Of a DNA stretch of 64,000 bases, positions 19,196 to 27,835 are shown one piece after another. Numbering within the stretch: the stretch's first letter is position 1; every line of letters begins with the position of its first letter. Both the position numbers and the translations under genes were made by a program. The notes below the pieces were generated by a model, which searched no databases, was not told the DNA's origin, and worked only from the letters and a program-made list of their open reading frames with translations. The stretch spans positions 5,184,001-5,248,000 of the forward strand of contig CBDFJQ010000002.1 in the NCBI GenBank assembly GCA_965248575.1. The letters run 5' to 3'. This DNA is from Planctomycetota bacterium. Its GTDB lineage: Bacteria > Planctomycetota > B15-G4.

Positions 19196-20305
19196 GTGCG
19201 GATAGGTCTCGACCTCAGTCTGCAGGAGTTGCCCGAACCGACAGGCGTCGAGCGTGCCCAGGCGTCCTTGATCGAGGGTTTGCTCGCTGCGGATGTTGAC
19301 CATGAGTTCGTTCTCTTCGCGCACGAGACGCTGCCCGACCGATGGCGAGAGGCCGCTGGAGTCCGGGCGGGGGTGAGCGTGGTGGAGGGCCCGCCCCGGC
19401 CGCTCTGGTTCTGGCGGGAGAGCGTGGTCCCGAGGGCCCTGCGCGAGCAAAAGGTCGAGCTCTTCCACTCGCCAGTGTCCGCGATCCCGCTCCGCGCACG
19501 CTGTCCCCTGCTCGCAACCGTGCACGAGGTCCCGTGGGCCGAGGAGGCTGGTGCGGAGGGAGATCAGGCCGCCTCACACCGGCTCAGACTGCACCTGGCC
19601 GCAAACTTTGCAGCACGCCTGTTGTGCGTGTCCGAGCGCACGGCGGAGCAGGTGCGGCGGCTGCACCCGGACAGCTCGGACCGCATAAGGGTGATTCCCA
19701 ACGGCTTGTCCTCGACCTGGCCCACCGCGCCCATAGGAAGCTCCCCGGGGCAGGCACCGGACCTCATCGAGACACCCTTCGTGCTCGCCGTGGGGCGCCT
19801 GCGCAAGAAGAAGAACCTCATGCGGCTGCTCGACGCCTTCGCTCTGCGCCTGGGGGCTGGAGGGTCTGAGCAACTGGTCCTGGCGGGCCCTGAGGGGGAT
19901 GCCTCAGACGCCTTGCGCGCCCGCGCGGCTCAGGCCGACCTGGCTGGGCACGTGGTGTTCACTGGTTATGTCGACGACCGCTCCCTGGCGCAGCTGTATT
20001 CGGATGCGGCGTGCCTGGCCTACCCTTCTCTCTTCGAGGGTTTCGGCTTGCCGGTGCTCGAGGCCATGTCGGTGGGGGCGCCGGTGCTCGTCTCCCGGCA
20101 AGGCGCGATCCCCGAGGCCGGAGGCGATGCGGTGCTCGCCGTGGACGGTGAGGACGTTGCGGCCTTGCATCAGGGCCTGTCGCGCCTGCTCGAGGATGCA
20201 CAGCTGACGGAGGCACTCCGGGCGGCAGGCAACGAGCAAGTGCAGCAGTGCAGTATCCAACGCGCCGTGCGCGCCGTGCTGGATGTGTATGCGGAGTTGG
20301 CATGA
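19196..20305 (+). CDS. Glycosyltransferase family 4
   Basis: GTG start; TGVER, TVHE, KKN, YPSLFEGFGLPVLEAMSVG. Confidence 0.9.
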   Translation: MRIGLDLSLQELPEPTGVERAQASLIEGLLAADVDHEFVLFAHETLPDRWREAAGVRAGVSVVEGPPRPLWFWRESVVPRALREQKVELFHSPVSAIPLRARCPLLATVHEVPWAEEAGAEGDQAASHRLRLHLAANFAARLLCVSERTAEQVRRLHPDSSDRIRVIPNGLSSTWPTAPIGSSPGQAPDLIETPFVLAVGRLRKKKNLMRLLDAFALRLGAGGSEQLVLAGPEGDASDALRARAAQADLAGHVVFTGYVDDRSLAQLYSDAACLAYPSLFEGFGLPVLEAMSVGAPVLVSRQGAIPEAGGDAVLAVDGEDVAALHQGLSRLLEDAQLTEALRAAGNEQVQQCSIQRAVRAVLDVYAELA

Positions 20306-21444
20306 GAATCGTGGTGGACGCCACCATGCTGGACGGGAAACCGTCAGGTGCAGCAACTCGACTCGAAGCGCTGCACGAGGCCTTGGTGGTGCAGATGGCT
20401 TCGGAGCCAGGAGCGCTGGAGGTCCGCTATCTCGTGCGCCCTGGTGCGGATGTGTTGTCCGGAGCCAGCTGCATTCCGTTCGAAGGCTTGGGCACTCCGT
20501 TTCGCCGGGCCCGCTGCGGGTCACGATTGGATGCCTTGCTCACGGAGCAGGGTGCCGAACTCTTCAGTGCCGGGGCGCTCCCCATGCCCCATGTGCGATC
20601 CGTTCCAAGCGTCCTGACCTTGCACGATGTGCGCTTCATGGTGCCGGGAGCAGGGCAGTCCTGGGTGCGCCGGATCTGGGCCGCCAATCTCTTGCGCAGG
20701 AACCTCCGGCGTGCAACGGCCGTCGTGGCCGTCTCCGACTCGACGCGTCAGGCCGTTCTGGATCGGCAGTTGGTCGCAGAAGGCCAAGTCCACGTCGTGC
20801 CCAATGCCGGGACGCCTGGGCTGGAGCGCGTGTACGACATCCAGGCGCTGGCGGACTTCCGCCGACGTGTGGACCTGTCCTCGCGCTACGTCTTGGCGCT
20901 CGGGCCGGCGGAACCGCACAAACGGATTGAGGACCTGATCCAGGTGCTGGCAGCCGTTCGGCAACACGAGGCGGGTTCCGACCTGGCGTTGGTCCTCGTT
21001 GGCAGAACAGAGGCTCGGCGTGCCTTCGGCCTGGCTCGACTTGCGGAGAGCCTCGGTGTCGCGAACGCGTTTCGCATGACGGGCGTGCTGCCCCAGAACG
21101 ACTTGGCCATCGCCATGTCGGGTGCTGATGCGTTGATCTCTGCCGCGCATCATGAGGGCTTTGGGATCCCTGCGGTGGACGCCCAACGATTGGGTGTTCC
21201 AGTCGTCGCAGTGCGAGCCGGCGCCTTGGCAGAGGTGACCGATGGGGCGGCCTGGCTGTCGGACCCAGGAGACCTGGCGGGGCTTGCCGCGGCGCTTCTG
21301 GACGCCACGAACCCCGGAGATGTCCGTGAGGCGAGACTTCGCGCCGGGATGAAGGCGGCCGATCGCTGGAGCTGGGATCTTTCTGCCGGGCAGCTGGTGA
21401 AATTGTGGCGCGACGCTCTTTCTCACTGGGAATCACCGACTTAG
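20302..21444 (+). CDS. Glycosyltransferase family 4
   Basis: ATGA overlap; TLHD, VSDST, EPHK, EGFGIPAVDA. Confidence 0.88.
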   Translation: MRIVVDATMLDGKPSGAATRLEALHEALVVQMASEPGALEVRYLVRPGADVLSGASCIPFEGLGTPFRRARCGSRLDALLTEQGAELFSAGALPMPHVRSVPSVLTLHDVRFMVPGAGQSWVRRIWAANLLRRNLRRATAVVAVSDSTRQAVLDRQLVAEGQVHVVPNAGTPGLERVYDIQALADFRRRVDLSSRYVLALGPAEPHKRIEDLIQVLAAVRQHEAGSDLALVLVGRTEARRAFGLARLAESLGVANAFRMTGVLPQNDLAIAMSGADALISAAHHEGFGIPAVDAQRLGVPVVAVRAGALAEVTDGAAWLSDPGDLAGLAAALLDATNPGDVREARLRAGMKAADRWSWDLSAGQLVKLWRDALSHWESPT

Positions 21445-21778
21445 GTTCGGCCCCTCCCCTGGCTAGCACCTATTCAGCGTAAAAAGGCGGCAGTTTCGGA
21501 CATGCGCGTCTGAAGGCCCCTCCCCTGTCGCTCGCTGAAGTCGGTCCCATCTGGGGTCGACGATGGCTAGACTTCCGGTGCAATCCCGAAGTTGGTCCCC
21601 CTCTCCCTCGACATAGATGGCCTTCGCCGGGCCGCAAGGCCTCCGGCGAACTCCCGATCGGCCGTCTCGCACCCTGATGATCACCGACCGCAACAGCGGC
21701 CGGACCGCCCAGCTCTCATCCGAGCTGGCGTCCGTCTGCGGCTTCCATTCCATCCACCAGGATCGGGTTCGCGCCCAG

Positions 21779-21815
21779 GGTCCGATCGTTCGAGGTCCGA
21801 TAGTTCGAGATCCGA
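21779..21815 (+). repeat. 15-bp tandem repeat, about 2.5 copies
   Basis: GGTCCGATCGTTCGA GGTCCGATAGTTCGA GATCCGA. Confidence 0.6.
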
Positions 21816-21844
21816 GAACTCCTGAAGCATGTGGGCCTGCGCCC

Positions 21845-24649
21845 GTGCGACGGGTGCCGTTCTCGATCTGTCTCGGGCTGCTGCTGATGTTGTCCCCCGT
21901 CGTGAGTGCCCAGTCCGGGCTCCACGGCGAGTACTTCGACGACACCTCGCTCATGCAGTTGGTGGACATGCGGGTGGACGCGAAGCTGGACTTCACCAAC
22001 TGGGTCTCTGCACCTCCTGGTACGGCTGTTCAAGCGGACGGCGAATTCTCGGAGCGTTGGACGGGTTACGTCAGTGTGCCCACATCAGGCTCATGGACAT
22101 TCACGACGAAGTCGAATGATGGCGTGCGGGTCTGGGTCGATGGCCAACAGATCATCGACAATTGGTCGCTGCACGCAGTGACTGAAGACAGCGCATCCAT
22201 CACCTTGCCTGCTGGCTGGCACTCGCTGCGTGTCGAACACTTCCAGTCGGGTGGCCAGATGGCCATGCAGTTGTTCTTCGACGGCCCCGGCCAGTCGAAG
22301 GTCATCATCCCCACGGCGAACCTCTCGGTGCAGCCGCTGGGCAACCTCTTGCCGGGTGTGACGGCCGGTGCGGATCTGCTGGTGATTGCACCAGGCAATT
22401 CGATCGTGTTGCCGAGCCTGTCCAATGATGCGGATGGAAGCATCGTCGACACTCTCTGGGTGCAGGTGTCAGGCCCCGCGTCGACCTTGGTGAATCCCTC
22501 GGCCAAGAACCTGACGGTCGAGAACATGAATCAGGTGGGCGACTACCAGTATCAGGTCACGGTCACCGACGATAACGGAGACCAAGCGTCGGACATCGTG
22601 AAGGTCTCGGTGGTGGAGTGCGCCGGAGGGGCGCCGGAACCCGATGGCAGCTTGCGGCCCTGGCACCGACTGGGTTTCGACTTCCAGGGACCCGGGGCGA
22701 ACGAAGGGGGCAACCCAAATCCGTTCCGCGACTACCGGCTGACCGTGCGCTTCGTGCACACCTCGACCGGGGTGGTCTACCACGTGCCTGGCTTCTTCGA
22801 AGCCGACGGCCGCCCCGATCTCACGGGCGCGACGGGTGGAACCGTCTGGCGCACCTGGTTCACTCCAGACCGTGCGGGAGACTGGTACTACACGGTGAGC
22901 TTCCGCACTGGAACGGACGTGGCCGTCAGCCTCGACCCGCAGGCGGGTACGCCGACCTCCTTCGACGGGCTCTCTGGTTGCTTCGAAGTGATGAAGGCTC
23001 TCAAGACCGAGCCCGGCTTCCGGGCGGACGGGCGACTCGGCTACACGGACGAGCACTACCTGCGCCACATGGGGTCGGGCAAGCCCTACCTGAAAGGCGG
23101 AGCCAACAGCCCGGAGAACCTGCTGGCCTACGTCGACTTTGATCAGACGCCCAATGCCATGCACTCCTATGGACCCCACCTGGGTGATTGGACGGCTGGC
23201 GATCCCACATGGAAGGGCGGCCTCGGCAAGTCACTGATTGGCGGCGTCAACTACCTGGCAGGGCAGGGCGTCAACGCCATGTACTTCCTGACGTTCAACG
23301 TGGCCGGTGACGGAAACGACGTCTGGATGTGGACCAGCTCGACCGAGCGTGAACGCTTCGATGTCAGCAAGCTGGCTCAGTGGGAAGTGCTCTTCAACCA
23401 CATGGATGACATGGGCGTTGCGCAGCATGTCATTACCCAGGAGCAAGAGAACGACACCGGTTCCAAGGCGATCGACAACGGAAGCCTGGGCCTGGAGCGC
23501 ATGCTCTACTACCGCGAACTGGTCGCGCGCTTCGGTCATCACCTGGGCATCGTCTGGAACCTCGGCGAGGAGAACGGGAACAGCACGAGTCAGCTGCAGG
23601 ACTTCTACGACTACATCACGGCCTTGGACCCTTATGACCACCCGGTGGTTGTGCATTCCTACCCCGGCGACCAGGACGACGTCTACGGCCCGCTGCTCGA
23701 CCTCGATCGCCTGGAAGGTGCCTCGCTCCAGAGCCTGACGGCCGACCTGGTTCACCAGCAGACGCTCATGTGGCGTTCGGAGTCCCAAGCCCACGGTCGT
23801 CCCTGGTTCGTGGCTTCCGACGAGACGGGGCCCTCATCGGATGGCGTCCTGCCCGACAATGTGGATCTGCAGCACGACGAGCCCCGTAAGGAGATCCTGT
23901 GGGGCAACCTCATGGCCGGTGGCGCGGGGGTGGAATGGTACTTCGGTTACGACTACCCCAATAACGACCTCGACTGCGAGGACTGGAGCCAGCGCGAGGC
24001 CATGTGGGAGCAGACGGGCCACGCGCTGTCCTTCTTCAACGAGCACCTCCCGTTCACGGAGATGGAGCCGAACGATGAACTCGTCACCAACTCCAAGGCC
24101 TGGTGCTTTGCCGCGGAGGACGACACCTATGCGGTCTACCTGCCCAAGGGTGGGGCGACGTGGCTCGACCTGGGCAGCAGCACCCGCACGTTCGACGTGC
24201 TCTGGTTCGATCCGCGCAATGGGGGTGACTTGCTCACGGGCACCGTGCTCGAGGTCGAAGGGCCTGGGTGGGTGAACATTGGTACGCATCCAGGTGGGGC
24301 GCCGGGACAGGACTGGGCGGGACTCGTGCAGTTCAAGAACCTGCCTCCGGTCGTGACGGATGTCCTGATCGGGCCCAACCCGTATCTCGGGAACTCATTC
24401 TTCAGCCTGCAGATCAACGTGGCCGATCCCAACGGATTGGACGACGTCGAGTCCGTTGCCGTGCACGTCATCTCGCCCAACTTCGCCTATCTGGGTGCGG
24501 TCCAGTGCCCGAAGTTGGAGCCCGGGATCTACGGTTTCTACGCCCCCAACGCGCCTCCCATCCCGACCGGCACCTGGTACTTCGCTGGAGCGGTCACGGA
24601 TCAAGGCGGGGAGCAGGACTACCTGATCAAAACGCTCGAGGCTCAGTAG
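21845..24649 (+). CDS. Secreted multidomain glycoside hydrolase-like protein (PA14, PKD-like, DUF5060, DUF4038-like barrel, collagen-binding-like, Ig-like)
   Basis: Signal ending VVSA|QSG; PA14 FSERWTG...SNDGVRVWVDG; DADG.IV...WVQVSGP; NPFRDY...WRTWFTPD; WNLGEEN; WFDPRNG; start GTG 21845 or upstream ATG 21617. Confidence 0.78.
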   Translation: MRRVPFSICLGLLLMLSPVVSAQSGLHGEYFDDTSLMQLVDMRVDAKLDFTNWVSAPPGTAVQADGEFSERWTGYVSVPTSGSWTFTTKSNDGVRVWVDGQQIIDNWSLHAVTEDSASITLPAGWHSLRVEHFQSGGQMAMQLFFDGPGQSKVIIPTANLSVQPLGNLLPGVTAGADLLVIAPGNSIVLPSLSNDADGSIVDTLWVQVSGPASTLVNPSAKNLTVENMNQVGDYQYQVTVTDDNGDQASDIVKVSVVECAGGAPEPDGSLRPWHRLGFDFQGPGANEGGNPNPFRDYRLTVRFVHTSTGVVYHVPGFFEADGRPDLTGATGGTVWRTWFTPDRAGDWYYTVSFRTGTDVAVSLDPQAGTPTSFDGLSGCFEVMKALKTEPGFRADGRLGYTDEHYLRHMGSGKPYLKGGANSPENLLAYVDFDQTPNAMHSYGPHLGDWTAGDPTWKGGLGKSLIGGVNYLAGQGVNAMYFLTFNVAGDGNDVWMWTSSTERERFDVSKLAQWEVLFNHMDDMGVAQHVITQEQENDTGSKAIDNGSLGLERMLYYRELVARFGHHLGIVWNLGEENGNSTSQLQDFYDYITALDPYDHPVVVHSYPGDQDDVYGPLLDLDRLEGASLQSLTADLVHQQTLMWRSESQAHGRPWFVASDETGPSSDGVLPDNVDLQHDEPRKEILWGNLMAGGAGVEWYFGYDYPNNDLDCEDWSQREAMWEQTGHALSFFNEHLPFTEMEPNDELVTNSKAWCFAAEDDTYAVYLPKGGATWLDLGSSTRTFDVLWFDPRNGGDLLTGTVLEVEGPGWVNIGTHPGGAPGQDWAGLVQFKNLPPVVTDVLIGPNPYLGNSFFSLQINVADPNGLDDVESVAVHVISPNFAYLGAVQCPKLEPGIYGFYAPNAPPIPTGTWYFAGAVTDQGGEQDYLIKTLEAQ

Positions 24650-24663
24650 TCCACCGAGTTGCG

Positions 24664-25260
24664 TCAGGTCACGCTCACGACTAAGGCTTGCACCGCCCAC
24701 ACGATCAGGGCAGCGACCACCAGCAACGCAGACCCCAGCAGGCAGCGTGTCGAAAGGGAAAGCTGGCTGAGGTCGGCGCGGAGCAGGCCGCGCTGGGTGG
24801 TCTGGGCGCTTCCCGGGCGGCCTCTGGCATCCGGGCCGGCCGCCCCTAGCCGGCGTGGTCCCGGCGTGCGTGGATCACGACCAGCCTGCGCGGTCGTCGG
24901 TGCATCCAAGGGGCGCCTGGTGGATCCCTCGGGGTTCGGCTTCCGGGCCGGTGCCTGGACCGGTGCCTGGGCCTCGACGCCCGACCCGGTCCAGACCAAC
25001 CGAACGCGCAGGCTCCCCAGCAGGAGATCGTCACCGGGTCTCAGCTCTCCCTCGGTCAGGGCCCAGCCGTCCAGCTCGACAAGCGCGCCCGGCAGGACCT
25101 CAAAGTGCAGGCTCTGTCCGTCTCCCTGCGAGAGGCGGGCATGACGTGGGAGGACCTGCTCGGCCTCCAGCCTGAGCTCGCAGCTCGGGTCGGATCCCAA
25201 GGTGACGGGAAGCGGGGGGACGGGTAGCCGGCGTCCCTGGGAGGTGATGAAGGACCACAT
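24664..25260 (-). CDS. Degenerate FHA-domain membrane protein
   Basis: VTLGSDPSCEL...RHARL...LRPGDDLLLG FHA pattern, Pro/Arg-rich linker, C-terminal TM. Confidence 0.65.
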   Translation of the reverse strand: MWSFITSQGRRLPVPPLPVTLGSDPSCELRLEAEQVLPRHARLSQGDGQSLHFEVLPGALVELDGWALTEGELRPGDDLLLGSLRVRLVWTGSGVEAQAPVQAPARKPNPEGSTRRPLDAPTTAQAGRDPRTPGPRRLGAAGPDARGRPGSAQTTQRGLLRADLSQLSLSTRCLLGSALLVVAALIVWAVQALVVSVT

Positions 25261-25329
25261 GGCGCCCATGATCGGTCTTGAGACAGCTGGAGGCAAAGGC
25301 GGTGATGCGTGCGCTACACTCAGCCACCC

Positions 25330-26052
25330 ATGAGCCTCCTGACGGCCCGCCAGATCACGCACGCGTACCGCCGCACATGGGGGCGCGCCCAGCCTACGCT
25401 CAGTGGGGTGGATCTCGATGTGGCCCCGGGCGAGTGCTGGGGGGTCATCGGGCCCAATGGGTCGGGGAAATCGACCCTGCTCCGCATCCTGGCTGGCCTG
25501 AGCACACCGCTTGCCGGCGAGGTGGTCGTGGCTGGTGCTCCAGCGGGAAGCCGCCGGGCCCGGGAGTCTTGCGGGTACGCGCCGGAGGTCATCCGCTGGC
25601 CCGAGGTCATGCGTGTACAGGACGCCCTCGGGGAGCTGGCTGCGCTCTCGACGGTGCACGGAATCAGCGTGCGTGTGGAGCGGGTGATGCGGCTGTTGGG
25701 TCTGGAGGAGCTGTCCGGTCGGCGCCTGGGGACGCTCTCACTGGGCCAGGCTCGGCGTGTCGTCATCGCCCAGGCGCTGCTGGACGACCCACCGCTGCTG
25801 ATACTCGACGAGGCATTCTCTGGTCTCGATTCCCTGGTGGTGCACGATCTGCGGGACGACCTGCGGCTGCGACTGGCTGGAGGAGCGGGGCTGGTGATGG
25901 CCACGCATCGCTTGGAAGACCTCGTTGGGTTGGCGACCCATGTGATCGTGTTGCACGGCGGGCGCGTGATTCGCCGCGGTCTCGCTGATGAGGTCCTGCA
26001 GGGCTTGGGGGGGCGCGAGAGCCTGGCGAGCTTCTTGGAGGCTCGCGAGTGA
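25330..26052 (+). CDS. ABC transporter ATP-binding protein
   Basis: GPNGSGKS, LSLGQ, LILDE, H-loop ATH. Confidence 0.92.
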   Translation: MSLLTARQITHAYRRTWGRAQPTLSGVDLDVAPGECWGVIGPNGSGKSTLLRILAGLSTPLAGEVVVAGAPAGSRRARESCGYAPEVIRWPEVMRVQDALGELAALSTVHGISVRVERVMRLLGLEELSGRRLGTLSLGQARRVVIAQALLDDPPLLILDEAFSGLDSLVVHDLRDDLRLRLAGGAGLVMATHRLEDLVGLATHVIVLHGGRVIRRGLADEVLQGLGGRESLASFLEARE

Positions 26053-26987
26053 TTGTCTCCGCGCTGCTGCTGGCCGGCGTCACCTTCCGGCGCCTGGCCA
26101 CCGCGCGCAGTCTACTGCTGGCCATCTTCGGTGGTCTTGTGGCGGGACTCCTGGCCGTGGGCGTCCCGAGCCCGAACCTGGCCCGCGATGTGCTGGACCT
26201 CTCCATCGCCGCGGTGGTGGCCTTGATCGTCCTGCCTCTCGTCGCGGGCCTTCCCACATCCGATCGCAAGGGCGGTTTCGAGGCGCTGCAAGCCGTGCGC
26301 CCCGTGCACTCCCTCGGCTGGTCGGCTGGTCGGCTGCAAGGGAGCTTCTTCGCGGGCATCCTCCTGATGCTGATCGTCGCCCATGTTGCGTACGGAGTGG
26401 CTGCGACGCGCGACGTCCCGAGCGCTGTGGAGGGCAAGCCTGAGAGTCTCCAGGGAAACTCGGGCAGCGTGCAGCTGTGGCGCTTCTCGTTGCCTTCCGG
26501 TGCGCTGGGTCCCTTCGTGATGTCAGTCGAGACCTTCGTGCCCTTCGCCGGTGCCGGTTCGCTGGATGTCGCGACCCAGCGTGGCGCTGGTGAACACCGA
26601 CAGACGGTGAACGTCCTCCCCGTGCGCCGGCACGAAGTCCTGGTCCCGGATCTGTCTCCACACCGCGGGGATCTCTACGTGGGTCTCGTCCCGCGCCAGG
26701 GTGCCGTCTTGGGGGCACGTGCGCCCACCTTGGCAGTAGGTCGTGAGCCGCTCGCGGTGGGGCGGCCGCATCTCTCGCGCGGCGTTCTCGGTCGGCTGGC
26801 CTTGGCGCTCCTGGTCGTCTTGGTTGCGGCGCAGGTCTTCCACTTCGAGACCGCATGCCTGGCGGGCACCCTCGCGCTGGCAGTCTCGCCACCGGATTCG
26901 CCGGGCCTGTGGGTGGCGGTCGCGGCGTCGCTGCTCGCCTTCGCTGCGCTGGGAACGGCGCTGGTTCGACGGGAGGCCTTGCCATGA
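26049..26987 (+). CDS. ABC permease-like membrane protein
   Basis: GTGA overlap; TMs flanking a periplasmic beta domain; ...VRPV......GRL.G pattern of ABC-2-like permeases. Confidence 0.6.
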   Translation: MIVSALLLAGVTFRRLATARSLLLAIFGGLVAGLLAVGVPSPNLARDVLDLSIAAVVALIVLPLVAGLPTSDRKGGFEALQAVRPVHSLGWSAGRLQGSFFAGILLMLIVAHVAYGVAATRDVPSAVEGKPESLQGNSGSVQLWRFSLPSGALGPFVMSVETFVPFAGAGSLDVATQRGAGEHRQTVNVLPVRRHEVLVPDLSPHRGDLYVGLVPRQGAVLGARAPTLAVGREPLAVGRPHLSRGVLGRLALALLVVLVAAQVFHFETACLAGTLALAVSPPDSPGLWVAVAASLLAFAALGTALVRREALP

Positions 26988-27835
26988 ATCTCTCCCCTCG
27001 ACTTACGTTGGCAGCAGCGGCGCTCTGCCTCGTAGTCGCTGCCTTCACGGCCGGTTCAGCGATGGGCGTCAGGCAAATCGCGTCGGGATCAGGGGCTGCG
27101 GCGCCGACGCTCGGGTTCGCGGTGGAACCGGTTGCCCAGGCCCTGGAGCCGCTGGGACCCGTGCGAGCCCTGGTGTCGTGTGTGCTTTGGGGCCTCGTTC
27201 AGGAGAAGCAGCGCGAAGGGGATTCCGCAGCGGTGGCCGACATCGCCGAAGGTCTGATTCGCCTGCACCCGGGGCTGGATGCCGTGCGCATCTTCCTGGC
27301 ACGGCAGTTGGTGGTGAGCCAGGCACCCCGCACTCCCGATGCGCAACGTCATCGAGCCCTGGTCGAGCGCGGGCTGCGCCTGTTGGAAGAGGGGTTCGGC
27401 TTGGAAGAGGGGTTCGGGGACGGCCGTCGCGCCGCTTTGCACGGGGCCATGGGGACCTTGCTGGCAATCCAGGTCGAGGTGGACCCGCGCTTTGCCCCCG
27501 TGGCCTCGCAGTACTTTGGCGAGCGACCCGACGAGGTCGCGATCCAGCAGCTGCGGCTCGGCCGGGAGGGAACTGCAGATTCCGTCACGCTGATCCTCTT
27601 GCTTGTCGAGCGGGGCCTGAGCACGTTGCGCATGAGCGGCGATGTCTATGACGCCGAGCGCGACCTGGCAGAGGCCGTGGGCGTGTTGCATCAGTTCTCC
27701 GAGAAGGAACGAGTGTCCATCGCTCCTGAGTTGGAGACCCTGCGGGAGCTCCTGTCCCTGCCGCAGGATGACCTGGGCCTGGGCCTGGGCCTGGGCGTAG
27801 ACCGGGGTTCCCAGCTTGAGGAGCAGCGCTCGTGA
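26984..27835 (+). CDS. Membrane-anchored helical (TPR-like) hypothetical protein
   Basis: ATGA overlap; N-terminal TM; helical segments LIRLHP..DAVRIFLA, RGLRLLEEG. Confidence 0.6.
   Translation: MNLSPRLTLAAAALCLVVAAFTAGSAMGVRQIASGSGAAAPTLGFAVEPVAQALEPLGPVRALVSCVLWGLVQEKQREGDSAAVADIAEGLIRLHPGLDAVRIFLARQLVVSQAPRTPDAQRHRALVERGLRLLEEGFGLEEGFGDGRRAALHGAMGTLLAIQVEVDPRFAPVASQYFGERPDEVAIQQLRLGREGTADSVTLILLLVERGLSTLRMSGDVYDAERDLAEAVGVLHQFSEKERVSIAPELETLRELLSLPQDDLGLGLGLGVDRGSQLEEQRS
27383..27418 (+). repeat. In-frame 18-bp tandem duplication (LEEGFG x2)
   Basis: TTGGAAGAGGGGTTCGGC TTGGAAGAGGGGTTCGGG. Confidence 0.85.
27772..27795 (+). repeat. (CCTGGG)4 hexamer repeat encoding LGLGLGLG
   Basis: Direct inspection. 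Confidence 0.8.

Noticed and set aside
21560..21660. Cobalamin, FMN or c-di-GMP riboswitch call
   Set aside because: Only a T-loop-like GGTGCAATCC and a GNRA hairpin; other conserved blocks are missing.
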